The notes under the pieces: model-generated
Databases searched by the model: none
Told to the model about the DNA's origin: nothing
What the model saw: only the letters and a program-made list of their open reading frames with translations
Virus record (IMG/VR): IMGVR_UViG_3300038406_000282
Span: 1-28,283 of that record
DNA length: 28,283 bases
Reading direction: 5' to 3' (one strand)
DNA from: a virus
Taxonomy: Duplodnaviria; Caudoviricetes
Made by a program: the position numbers and the translations under genes
Part shown: in pieces, positions 18,489 through 25,736 of the stretch
Layout: every line of letters begins with the position of its first letter
Numbering within the stretch: position 1 is the first letter of the stretch

Positions 18489-19004
18489 ATGCCGCATGAC
18501 CGCCTCCTGGTGGGTCAGATCGTAGACCCGGACCGGGTGAACATCCTGGACACACAGGGCACCTACACCCCGACGTTGCAGGCCACCACCACCAACCCGA
18601 CTCTTGGGACGGGTGCGGTGGCGGCCGGCCACTGGTGGCGTAGCGGGCATTGGATCGAAGGGTTCGCCCGGTTCGAGTTCGGTACCAGCATGAACGCCGG
18701 CTCGGGCACGTACTACATCTCCGTCCCGTTCCAGCCGGACATCACCCTGATGGGTTCCTCGGGGACCGGCGGGGCGGCGCAGCGGTGCGCCTTCGGGCGG
18801 GTGCGGGACCTCGACACTGGCGCAAACTCCAACACGGTGGTGGGGCAGTTCCGGACTGAGTCCGGCACCCACTACCTGTGGTTCTCGACCAACGGCAGCA
18901 TCAACTCGGTGTCCCACAACAGCCCGGTGCCGTGGGCCACCGGCGACCTGATCAGCATCCAGTTTGGCTACCTGGCCGACCCCGACGACCTGCCCACCCC
19001 GTAG
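18489..19004 (+). CDS. Minor tail / receptor-binding-like protein, paralog 3
   Basis: GTYTPTLQATTTNPTLG...GHWWRSGHW...ARFEF...ISVPF. Confidence 0.7.
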   Translation: MPHDRLLVGQIVDPDRVNILDTQGTYTPTLQATTTNPTLGTGAVAAGHWWRSGHWIEGFARFEFGTSMNAGSGTYYISVPFQPDITLMGSSGTGGAAQRCAFGRVRDLDTGANSNTVVGQFRTESGTHYLWFSTNGSINSVSHNSPVPWATGDLISIQFGYLADPDDLPTP

Positions 19005-19012
19005 GAGGCACC

Positions 19013-19879
19013 GTGCCCACCATCGTCACCCGCGCCGGCTGGGGTGCCCGCGCCCCGAAGTCGAGCATCCCGAAGACGACCTGGTCCCGGCGTACCGGGT
19101 TCGCCGTCCACCACACCGCCGGCCCCACCACGCAGACCGTGCGGGAGATCCAGAACTTCCAGATGGACGGCAACGGCTGGTCGGACATCGGCTACAACTG
19201 GCTGGTCGACCAGGACGGCAAAGTCTACGAAGGCCGGTCCGGTGGGTGGCTGGCCATCGGCGCCCACGCGGGCGGCCAGAACACCGCCTGGGTCGGGGTG
19301 TGCTGGATCGGCACCTCCGGCATCAACGAACCCAGCGCGGCCGCGCTCGCCAGCATCCGATGGCTGTACGACGAAGCCAACCGGCTCGCCGGGCGGCGCC
19401 TGAATGCCCGCGGCCACGGGCAGGTCCCCGGCCAGTCCACAGAGTGCCCCGGCTCCCGGCTACGCGCCTGGATCGCCGCCGGGATGCCCACCAAGCAGAA
19501 GGAGGACGACGTGCCCATCGACAAGACCGACGCCAACCGGATCTTCCGGTACGACGGCAGCATCGACGCACCCAACCTGACCGCCGGCGGTGAGAAGCGC
19601 GACTCAAGCGCCAACCCGACGTGGGCGGCCAACTCCGCCATCGGCGCCATCTACGACAACGTGGCCCGGGCCCGCGCCGACCTGCGGGTGGGGCTGGCGA
19701 AGGCCGCCGCGGAGCGGGCGGCCATCCGCGAGCTCGTCACCGGCCTGGCTGGCGCGGTGCAGCTCACCCCGCAGCAGGTCGACCAGCTGGCCGCCGCTGT
19801 GGCCGAGGCCGGCGACGGTGCTGCGCGGGAGATGCTGGACCGACTGGAGGCGGCCGGCGAAGCCCTGGCCGGCTCCTGA
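19013..19879 (+). CDS. Endolysin, N-acetylmuramoyl-L-alanine amidase (Amidase_2/PGRP-like)
   Basis: IVTRAGWGA, VHHTAG, GWSDIGYNWLV...VYEGR, GAHAGGQN and GH...TECPG Zn-ligand pattern. GTG 19013 after AGGAGG. Confidence 0.93.
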   Translation: MPTIVTRAGWGARAPKSSIPKTTWSRRTGFAVHHTAGPTTQTVREIQNFQMDGNGWSDIGYNWLVDQDGKVYEGRSGGWLAIGAHAGGQNTAWVGVCWIGTSGINEPSAAALASIRWLYDEANRLAGRRLNARGHGQVPGQSTECPGSRLRAWIAAGMPTKQKEDDVPIDKTDANRIFRYDGSIDAPNLTAGGEKRDSSANPTWAANSAIGAIYDNVARARADLRVGLAKAAAERAAIRELVTGLAGAVQLTPQQVDQLAAAVAEAGDGAAREMLDRLEAAGEALAGS

Positions 19880-19888
19880 TGCCGCCCC

Positions 19889-20170
19889 GTGGCCGCTGAG
19901 CACGAGGTCACCAATGCCGAGCTGGCGCGCAGGCTGGAGCACGTCTCCCGCGAGGTCCACACCGACCTCACCGAGATCATGCGCCGAATGGACTCCTACG
20001 TCCTGCGCGAGGTGTACGCCTCCGACCAGCAGCGCCGCGAGGACCAGGTGCAGGCCGTCAACCGGGAGCTGGAGCGGATCCGCGGTCAGGTCCGCTGGCT
20101 GTGGAGCGCGGTCGTGATGCCGATCCTGGCGCTGGTGATCTCGGTGTGGATGCAGGCGGGTGGTGGCTGA
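19889..20170 (+). CDS. Lysis-cassette membrane protein (coiled coil plus C-terminal TM)
   Basis: [11 protein letters not shown]...[20 protein letters not shown]. Directly after the endolysin. Confidence 0.7.
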   Translation: MAAEHEVTNAELARRLEHVSREVHTDLTEIMRRMDSYVLREVYASDQQRREDQVQAVNRELERIRGQVRWLWSAVVMPILALVISVWMQAGGG

Positions 20171-20804
20171 GGTGGGTGTCCACGGCACACGGTTGACGGC
20201 GCGGCTCCAGGCGGTGGCCGGGCGGTGGGCGTGGCTGGCGGTGGCGCTGGTCGGTGCGGTGGTGCTGGCGTTCGGCGCCTACGAGCTCGGGCAGATGCGC
20301 GCGCAGCGGGACGCGTTGGCGGTGGCGCTGGACTTGCAGCGGCAGCAGGCGGTGGAGTCGGGGCAGACGCCGGTGGCGCCGGCGGCTGAGGAGGTGCGCC
20401 GTGATCCGCAGGTGATGGAGGGTGAGCAGGGTCCGCCCGGGCCGCCCGGTCCCGCGGGACCTGCGGGGCCGCGTGGCCTGGTCGGGCCGACTGGCCCGGC
20501 CGGTCCGGAGGGCAACCCGGGAGCTCCCGGCGAGGCCGGCCCGGCGGGTCAGGGCGGACCCGCGGGATCGACCGGCGAGCAGGGACCAGCCGGCTCGCAG
20601 GGTCTACCGGGCGCCGACGGCCAGGCCGGCCAGGACGGCGCCGACGGCGAGCAGGGGCCGGCGGGCCCGGAAGGACCCGCGGGCCCGACCGGTCCAGCGG
20701 GGCCACCGGGGCCGGCGTGCCCCGACGGGTGGCACCCCGAGGAACGGACCGTACTCACACCACCCGAGACGTGGGTCGTGTGCGTTCAAGATCAAGGAGA
20801 GTAG
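20160..20804 (+). CDS. Membrane-anchored collagen-like protein
   Basis: N-terminal TM ([19 protein letters not shown]), 33 uninterrupted Gly-X-Y triplets and C-terminal CPDGW...C. Exact start uncertain (20160, 20163 or 20172). Confidence 0.85.
   Translation: MVAEVGVHGTRLTARLQAVAGRWAWLAVALVGAVVLAFGAYELGQMRAQRDALAVALDLQRQQAVESGQTPVAPAAEEVRRDPQVMEGEQGPPGPPGPAGPAGPRGLVGPTGPAGPEGNPGAPGEAGPAGQGGPAGSTGEQGPAGSQGLPGADGQAGQDGADGEQGPAGPEGPAGPTGPAGPPGPACPDGWHPEERTVLTPPETWVVCVQDQGE
20421..20717 (+). repeat. Collagen (Gly-X-Y)33 repeat
   Basis: [12 protein letters not shown] ... GPP GPA, counted from the translation. Confidence 0.9.
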
Positions 20805-20807
20805 GGC

Positions 20808-21245
20808 ATGGCGACACGACTTCCCGACGCGTCCCAGCAGGCCGCCGCCAACGCGGTGGTGGACCTGGCCGACGTCGGCACCACCAACACCGAAGGCAAG
20901 CTGCGGATCTACTCCGGCACCCAGCCGGCCGACGCCGACAGCGCCCCCGGCGGCGACCTGCTGTGTGAGATCGACCTCGAGGATCCGGCGTATGGTGCCG
21001 CCAACAGCTCGGGCACCGCGGCCGCGCTCGGGGTGCCGCTGGCTGGAGTCGGCACCGCGGCGGCGAGCACCGGCACCAACGCGCAGTCGTTCCGGATCGT
21101 AGGCCGCGACGAGCAGACCGTGTACGACGGGGCGGTAACCGGCACCGGCGGCGGAGGCGAGCTGACCCTCGACAACGTGTCCATCGCCGAGGACCAGGCG
21201 GTAACCGTCACCGCGCTGACCTACACGCAGCCCTCGGGAAACTGA
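20808..21245 (+). CDS. 145-aa beta-rich putative virion structural subunit
   Basis: AAGGAG RBS. LRIYSGTQPADAD...FRIV...VYDGAVTGTGGGGELTLDNVSI. Ends in the slippery G GGA AAC TGA. Confidence 0.8.
   Translation: MATRLPDASQQAAANAVVDLADVGTTNTEGKLRIYSGTQPADADSAPGGDLLCEIDLEDPAYGAANSSGTAAALGVPLAGVGTAAASTGTNAQSFRIVGRDEQTVYDGAVTGTGGGGELTLDNVSIAEDQAVTVTALTYTQPSGN
21236..21242 (+). other. Predicted -1 programmed ribosomal frameshift heptamer G GGA AAC
   Basis: X XXY YYZ heptamer in the correct phase, directly before the TGA. The -1 frame is open and continuous to 22177. Short GC stem CGGCC-ccg-GGCCG at 21247-21259. Confidence 0.75.
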
Positions 21246-22177
21246 CCGGCCCCGGGCCGATCTCCGGCGCTGCCGTCAGCGTGGCTCCGGCCGCGGTGGC
21301 GGCCGGCACCGGGTCGACCGGGGCGGAACCCGCCAACGTGCTGGACGGCTGGACGGTCGCCGGCTACGACACGTGGACCAACCCGCACGGTTGGCCGGAC
21401 TCCAGCAACACTGGCACGTCTGGGACGCTCACCCCGTTCTCGGGCGAGCTGTCCACGTCGTCCAACGGGCAGGTGATCGAGGACCTGGACATCGACGGCC
21501 GGGTCGAGGTCAACCACTCGGGTGTCATCATCCGCAACTGCCGGATCACCTCGCCGGGCGGCGCGTCTTTCCCGGGGAGCAAGTGTGTCTACGGCGGCGG
21601 CGGGGACTTGCAGGGCCTGCTCGTCGAGGACTGCGAGCTGACCTCCGCCAACGCCGGCACCTACGACTCGGTCATCGGGGACGACAACTACACGCTGCGG
21701 CGCACGTTCATCCACCACGTACCCGAGGGTCCGCGGATCGGCGACAACGTCCTGTACGAGGACTGCTACTTCGCCTTGCTCATCGGCAACGACGAGGAGG
21801 CGCACAGCGACGGCAGCCAGGTCACCGGATCATGCGTGGACTCGACCTACCGCCACAACACGGTGATCGCTGTCAACGTGGACGACGGCGACCAGACCAG
21901 CGCCCTACTCTGCGGGCCGGACCTCGGTGACGTGACCGGGCTGGTGGTGGAGGACAACCTGTTTGCCGCCGGCGGGTATACCACCTACTTCGGAGGGTCT
22001 GACTTCGACGCCGACGACTGGACCATCACCGGCAACCGGTACGGGCCGCTGACCGGCGACATGGCGCCCACCTTCGGCCGGCTGTCCGGGAACATCGGCG
22101 GGGTCACGAACCTGACCTGGTCCGGCAACGTCGTCGACGCCGACAACACCGAGCTGACGTTGGGGGACTTCGTGTGA
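21242..22177 (+). CDS. Right-handed parallel beta-helix (pectin-lyase-like) domain, probably expressed as a frameshift fusion with the 20808 gene
   Basis: VIEDLDI, VIIRNCRI, LLVEDCEL, HSDGSQ, YRHNTV, VVEDNLF and ITGNRY repeats. No RBS before GTG 21281 (the ORF-track start). Confidence 0.75.
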   Translation: MTGPGPISGAAVSVAPAAVAAGTGSTGAEPANVLDGWTVAGYDTWTNPHGWPDSSNTGTSGTLTPFSGELSTSSNGQVIEDLDIDGRVEVNHSGVIIRNCRITSPGGASFPGSKCVYGGGGDLQGLLVEDCELTSANAGTYDSVIGDDNYTLRRTFIHHVPEGPRIGDNVLYEDCYFALLIGNDEEAHSDGSQVTGSCVDSTYRHNTVIAVNVDDGDQTSALLCGPDLGDVTGLVVEDNLFAAGGYTTYFGGSDFDADDWTITGNRYGPLTGDMAPTFGRLSGNIGGVTNLTWSGNVVDADNTELTLGDFV

Positions 22178-23304
22178 GCGTCACGGTTCGCGAGGTGGTG
22201 CGGGCTGCCGACGACGTGACCCAGCAGCAGGTGGTCACCAGCTCAGCCGTGGCCATCGGCGACCTGTTGCTGCTGGTGCACATGACCGACGGCGATGGTG
22301 CGTCGGACATGCTCGCGCCGACCGGCACCGACGACGAGGACTGGCAGGGTCCGGTCATCATCGGTCGGGACAACGAGACCAGCACCACGCACATCAAAGC
22401 CTGGTGGCGCGAGGTGACCACCGGCGGAGCGCAGACCGTCAACACCAACCAGAGCGCCGACTGGAGCAACCACAACCACACGTTCGTGCTCATTGGTGTT
22501 GATCTGACCGACCCGATCGTGGCCGTCGGCGAAGGGTCCTCGTTCAGCGACAGCCAGGTGGCGCCGGGAATCTCCGGGCTCGACGAGGGACTGCTTGTCT
22601 GCGGCTGGATCTCCGATGACAATGGGTTGGCGTACGCCGCGCCCGGCAGCATGACCGGCGGGACCACCGATAGCGGCTTCAGCGACTCGCTGACCGCGTG
22701 GGAGGCGCTGGCCGCCGACGGCGCGACCGGCGACCGCACCGCCACCGCCAACGCCGAGAAGACCTACACCGCGGTGTCGGTGACCATCCGCCCGGCCGGC
22801 GGCGACGAAGGGGTGACCGGCGAGGGCGCGGCCACCGCCCCGACAGCGGTTGCCGCCGGAGCCGGTACGGCGCAGGTCGCGGGAACCGGCGCGGCGAGCG
22901 GCGCAGCAGCCACCAGCGCGGCCGCCGGGACCGTGGCCGTCTCCGGGACCGCCGCCGCCACTGCGGCCGCCGCAGAGGCCGCCGGGGTCGGCAGTCTGGC
23001 GGTCTCCGGCTCGGCGGCATCCGCCGCCCCGGCCGCGGTCGCCGCGGGCGTCGGCGAGGTGATCGTCTCCGGCTCCGGCGCCGCGGTCGCGCCCGCTGGT
23101 GCTGCGGCTGGCGCCGGGTTCGTCGGGGACACCGCGCCGCCGCCGGTCGACCTGAACGTGACCATCGGTGCGATGCGCGATGGGGGGCTGGCCGCCGTCG
23201 GCACGATGCGCGACGCGGCCGCCACCTCGGTCGCCGGCATGGCCCCGCCGACCTCGGTCGGGGCGATGCGCACCACCTTCACCGTCGGCAGCATGAGGGA
23301 GTAG
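22174..23304 (+). CDS. Putative appendage protein: about 205-aa beta-sandwich domain, five 21-aa Ala/Gly repeats and VGxMR repeats
   Basis: GTGA coupling to the upstream ORF. N-terminal domain resembles the insert in the 14608 tail protein. Confidence 0.75.
   Translation: MSVTVREVVRAADDVTQQQVVTSSAVAIGDLLLLVHMTDGDGASDMLAPTGTDDEDWQGPVIIGRDNETSTTHIKAWWREVTTGGAQTVNTNQSADWSNHNHTFVLIGVDLTDPIVAVGEGSSFSDSQVAPGISGLDEGLLVCGWISDDNGLAYAAPGSMTGGTTDSGFSDSLTAWEALAADGATGDRTATANAEKTYTAVSVTIRPAGGDEGVTGEGAATAPTAVAAGAGTAQVAGTGAASGAAATSAAAGTVAVSGTAAATAAAAEAAGVGSLAVSGSAASAAPAAVAAGVGEVIVSGSGAAVAPAGAAAGAGFVGDTAPPPVDLNVTIGAMRDGGLAAVGTMRDAAATSVAGMAPPTSVGAMRTTFTVGSMRE
22813..23127 (+). repeat. Five tandem 21-aa (63-bp) degenerate repeats
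   Basis: VTGEGAATAPTAVAAGAGTAQ / VAGTGAASGAAATSAAAGTVA / VSGTAAATAAAAEAAGVGSLA / VSGSAASAAPAAVAAGVGEVI / VSGSGAAVAPAGAAAGAGFVG. Confidence 0.85.
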
Positions 23305-23307
23305 GCC

Positions 23308-23646
23308 GTGGCCGAGATCTATCAGTTCGCCACCGAGTACAGGCGCATGGCCATCACGATCGCCGCCGGCGGCGACGTCGAGGACATCCTGGCTGTGGGG
23401 ATCGCCCTACGGGCCAACCCGAACGACGTGCCCGATCCGGGTGGCATCGAGGACCTGGGCGAGTTCACCGCGGTCACCCTCGACGACGCGGCCACACCGC
23501 CGGACATCCTGGCACTGATCGGCCCCCGCGGCGGCGACCTGGAGCCGACGGTGGCCGACTGGCAGGTGTTCACCCTGGTCCGCACCGCCGACGAGGACAT
23601 CATCGACCAGCCGGACACGCTGACCGTGGTCGGGACGCCGGCATGA
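23308..23646 (+). CDS. Hypothetical acidic beta-rich protein
   Basis: GGGAG RBS. LIGPRGG...WQVFTLV resembles small actinophage tail-associated adaptors. Confidence 0.7.
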   Translation: MAEIYQFATEYRRMAITIAAGGDVEDILAVGIALRANPNDVPDPGGIEDLGEFTAVTLDDAATPPDILALIGPRGGDLEPTVADWQVFTLVRTADEDIIDQPDTLTVVGTPA

Positions 23647-23876
23647 CCGCGCGGCTCGACGGCGGCTGGCTGGTGGTGCCGTACGCGGGGCCGGCGCTGG
23701 CGCCGTGCCACATCGCCACAGGCACCCGCGGACCGGGCGAGTGGCAGCCGGCGTTCAAGGCCGTCCGGGGTGGCCAGCGGGTGTTGCAGGTCCGGCCGCC
23801 GGCGAGCTCCGGTCCGGTGCGGGTGTGGGTCAAGATCTCCGGCGCCGTCACGGCGGCCGGACAAGTGACGCTCTGA
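23643..23876 (+). CDS. Hypothetical protein (77 aa)
   Basis: ATGA coupling. MTARLDGGWLVVPY...EWQPAF...VRVWVK. Confidence 0.65.
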   Translation: MTARLDGGWLVVPYAGPALAPCHIATGTRGPGEWQPAFKAVRGGQRVLQVRPPASSGPVRVWVKISGAVTAAGQVTL

Positions 23877-23885
23877 GGAGGGCGC

Positions 23886-24185
23886 ATGCAGCACAAGGCA
23901 GGCACACGGCAGGTGGAAGGCGCGCACGGCGAGCTGATCGAGCTGGACACCAAGAGCACCGAGCCCATCCTCACCCCGGCGCTGACCGCGACGGTGACGC
24001 AGGTGGTCGCGGTGGCGGTGGCGTTCGGGCTGGACCTGGACACCGCCCAGCAGGTGGCGATCATCGGGCTGCCGGCGGCGCTCATGCCGATCGCGGTGTG
24101 GTGGTCGGCGCGGCGGAAGGCGTGGGCGGGGAAGACCGTCGGCCAGGTGGTCGAACGGGTGGAGGACCAGGTGACCCGGCCTTGA
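23886..24185 (+). CDS. Holin-like two-TM protein
   Basis: GAGGAGG RBS. EPIL...VAVAVAFGLDLDTAQQVAII...WWSARRK is a common actinophage holin pattern. Confidence 0.65.
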   Translation: MQHKAGTRQVEGAHGELIELDTKSTEPILTPALTATVTQVVAVAVAFGLDLDTAQQVAIIGLPAALMPIAVWWSARRKAWAGKTVGQVVERVEDQVTRP

Positions 24186-24255
24186 GCATCGTGGACAGAC
24201 GGAGGGCTGAAACCCTTACGTACCAGGTCCGGATTGCAAGATCGCGGAGTCCGCG

Positions 24256-24543
24256 GTGACCGAGCCGGCCCCGCGCCGCGATCCCGGCTGGCTCCGCATC
24301 TGGTGGCCGCTGTGGCTGGCCGTGGCCGCGCTCGGGTTCGCCATCCCCGAAACCATCGCCCTACTCGCACCGGGTGACGGTGGCACGCTCAGTGAGATGT
24401 CCCGCGAGTGGTTGGGGATCAGCGTCGAGGGCACCGGCGGCACCGTCGGATGGACGGTGCTCACCGTGGCGCTGGCCGCGTTCGTGGTGTGGTATGCGGG
24501 GCACATGCGGAAATGGTGGTGGTGGGAGCGGCGGCGGGAGTAG
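24256..24543 (+). CDS. Trp-rich two-TM membrane protein
   Basis: WWPLWLAVAALGFAIPETIALL...GTLSE...WTVLTVALAAFVVWYAGH. GGAG RBS. Confidence 0.7.
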   Translation: MTEPAPRRDPGWLRIWWPLWLAVAALGFAIPETIALLAPGDGGTLSEMSREWLGISVEGTGGTVGWTVLTVALAAFVVWYAGHMRKWWWWERRRE

Positions 24544-24609
24544 AGCTTTCCTCTCTGGTGGTCGAGCGGGTCGGGGCGTTGGTGGCGCCCCGGCCCGCTC
24601 GCTTCGTCG

Positions 24610-24795
24610 TCAGCGGGGGTCGGTGGCGCCGGCCTGGACCAGCGTGGTGATCGCGTCCTTGACACCCACCAGGTATTCGTGGTCGTAGTCATCGGGGTCC
24701 AGGCTGGCGAGCAGGTTGCCCAGCACCTCGGCGGCGTCGTCGAAGCCGGCCTGGTGGATCTGCTCGGCCAGGCCGTGGATGTATCCGGTGTCCAT
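24610..24795 (-). CDS. Hypothetical acidic protein (61 aa)
   Basis: AAGGGA RBS. MDTGYIHGLAEQIHQAG... Confidence 0.65.
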   Translation of the reverse strand: MDTGYIHGLAEQIHQAGFDDAAEVLGNLLASLDPDDYDHEYLVGVKDAITTLVQAGATDPR

Positions 24796-24819
24796 CAAGA
24801 TCGTTCCCTTCGGGTTGGT

Positions 24820-24845
24820 GGGGAGGAGGCCGGAGCCCCCTCCCC
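24820..24845 (-). terminator. Intergenic hairpin (terminator or processing stem)
   Basis: Minus strand GGGGAGGGGGC-tccg-GCCTCCTCCCC, an 11-bp stem with one G-U pair, between two small genes. Confidence 0.5.
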
Positions 24846-24851
24846 GGTTGG

Positions 24852-25022
24852 TCACTCGATCGGCTTGAGCCCGCGGGCGGCGAGCGCGTCGGCGTCGTCG
24901 CTGAAGGCGGCGTATCCGATGATCCGCTCGTTCACCTCGGCGGCGTGCTCCAGGCAGATCGGGTTGTCGTGGTCGGTCCAGGTGGCGGTGTTGGTGCAGT
25001 CGGTGTAGGTGCATTCGGTCAT
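24852..25022 (-). CDS. 56-aa Cys/His (Zn-binding-like) protein, not in the ORF track
   Basis: GGAGGA RBS. MTECTYTDCTNTATWTDHDNPICLEHAAEVNERIIGYAAFSDDADALAARGLKPIE. Confidence 0.7.
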   Translation of the reverse strand: MTECTYTDCTNTATWTDHDNPICLEHAAEVNERIIGYAAFSDDADALAARGLKPIE

Positions 25023-25128
25023 GTCGTCCTCCGTGGTGTCCGTTGTGGTCTCTGTCGGCCCTGGCGGTTCAAATCGCAGTGGGGGCTTTTCTCGGTTCCC
25101 CTGGGCTTCCCTGTTTTCTTATATCTCT

Positions 25129-25157
25129 AGTCTAGCGTGCCCTAGACCTATCGTCAA
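25129..25157 (-). promoter_or_regulatory. Leftward sigma70/HrdB-type promoter
   Basis: Minus strand TTGACG-17nt-TAGACT. Confidence 0.75.
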
Positions 25158-25226
25158 GCTCAGCCTAGACATTTCTCCAAGATTTTCTAGGCTGCACTAG
25201 ACGCACGTGGCTAGGCTGACCTAGAC
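25130..25226. promoter_or_regulatory. Four palindromic operators, consensus GTCTAG-N6-CTAGAC
   Basis: 25130 GTCTAGcgtgccCTAGAC; 25153 GTCAAGctcagcCTAGAC; 25185 TTCTAGgctgcaCTAGAC; 25209 GGCTAGgctgacCTAGAC. Confidence 0.8.
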
Positions 25227-25227
25227 T
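25198..25227 (+). promoter_or_regulatory. Rightward leaderless promoter for the HTH gene
   Basis: TAGACG-18nt-TAGACT-6nt-ATG (25234). No Shine-Dalgarno. Confidence 0.6.
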
Positions 25228-25233
25228 CAGAGC

Positions 25234-25485
25234 ATGACCACCACCGACACCACCGACACCATCCTGCTAGCGCTGTCCGCGAAGATCGGCCTGCTGCGCC
25301 GGGCCCGCGACCCGGTCCGCCGCGAACAGCTCGCCAAGGAGCTGCTGTTCGACTTCAAGCCCGCGCTCGGCGCCGTCCGCCGGCAGGCCGCGCAGGATGC
25401 GGTCGCCGCCGGCATGAAGCCAGCCGAGTACGCCCGGGCGATCGGCGTGAGCCGGGGTGCCGTCGACCACCTACTGCACCGCTGA
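25234..25485 (+). CDS. Small HTH DNA-binding protein
   Basis: C-terminal AGMKPAEYARAIGVSRGAVDHLL helix-turn-helix. Confidence 0.8.
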   Translation: MTTTDTTDTILLALSAKIGLLRRARDPVRREQLAKELLFDFKPALGAVRRQAAQDAVAAGMKPAEYARAIGVSRGAVDHLLHR

Positions 25486-25494
25486 GGAGACGTC

Positions 25495-25668
25495 ATGAGC
25501 CGCCGCGTGGACCCGATCACCGGCCGCTGTGAGGTGTGCCAGCACATCGCCCGGCACGTGCTCACCAACGTGTGGCACTGCGACGACTGCCGTGGTCCGT
25601 GCCTGACCGAGGAGGGTCGGGCGCGCGAGGCGTCCTACCCGAAGCCGTGGGATAAGAGGAAGCCATGA
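25495..25668 (+). CDS. 57-aa Zn-finger-like protein, not in the ORF track
   Basis: GAGGAG RBS. MSRRVDPITGRCEVCQH...WHCDDCRGPC... Confidence 0.65.
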   Translation: MSRRVDPITGRCEVCQHIARHVLTNVWHCDDCRGPCLTEEGRAREASYPKPWDKRKP

Positions 25669-25736
25669 CCTTGACCGAGTTTCTGGCCGCCCGGCTGGAC
25701 GAGCGCCAGCACTTCGCCGCGGCCTGGCGGCCGTAA
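25665..25736 (+). pseudogene. Internally deleted remnant resembling DUF6221-family genes
   Basis: MTLTEFLAARLDERQHFAAAWRP joins what look like the family's N-terminus (..FLxARLDE) and C-terminus (..WRP*). GAGGA RBS and ATGA coupling. Confidence 0.5.

Noticed and set aside
17458-19004. Diversity-generating retroelement or invertible tail-fibre cassette
   Set aside because: The paralogs differ at all base types rather than at adenines only, and no reverse transcriptase, invertase or inverted crossover sites are present in the window.
24186-24255. Possible att site or tRNA fragment in the lower-GC gap after the holin
   Set aside because: No tRNA-like arm, no repeat partner and no integrase in the window.
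33-24370. Many long antisense or alternate-frame ORFs (e.g. 59-1120, 862-1950, 7592-9019, 10431-11420, 13882-15027, 22698-23876 N-terminal part)
   Set aside because: They are Arg/Pro/Ala-rich shadows of real genes, expected at this high GC content, with no RBS or recognisable motifs.
25127-25226. CRISPR-like mini-array
   Set aside because: The units are 18-bp degenerate palindromes with 5-14-nt gaps that overlap promoter hexamers. There are no spacers of CRISPR length and no cas genes.
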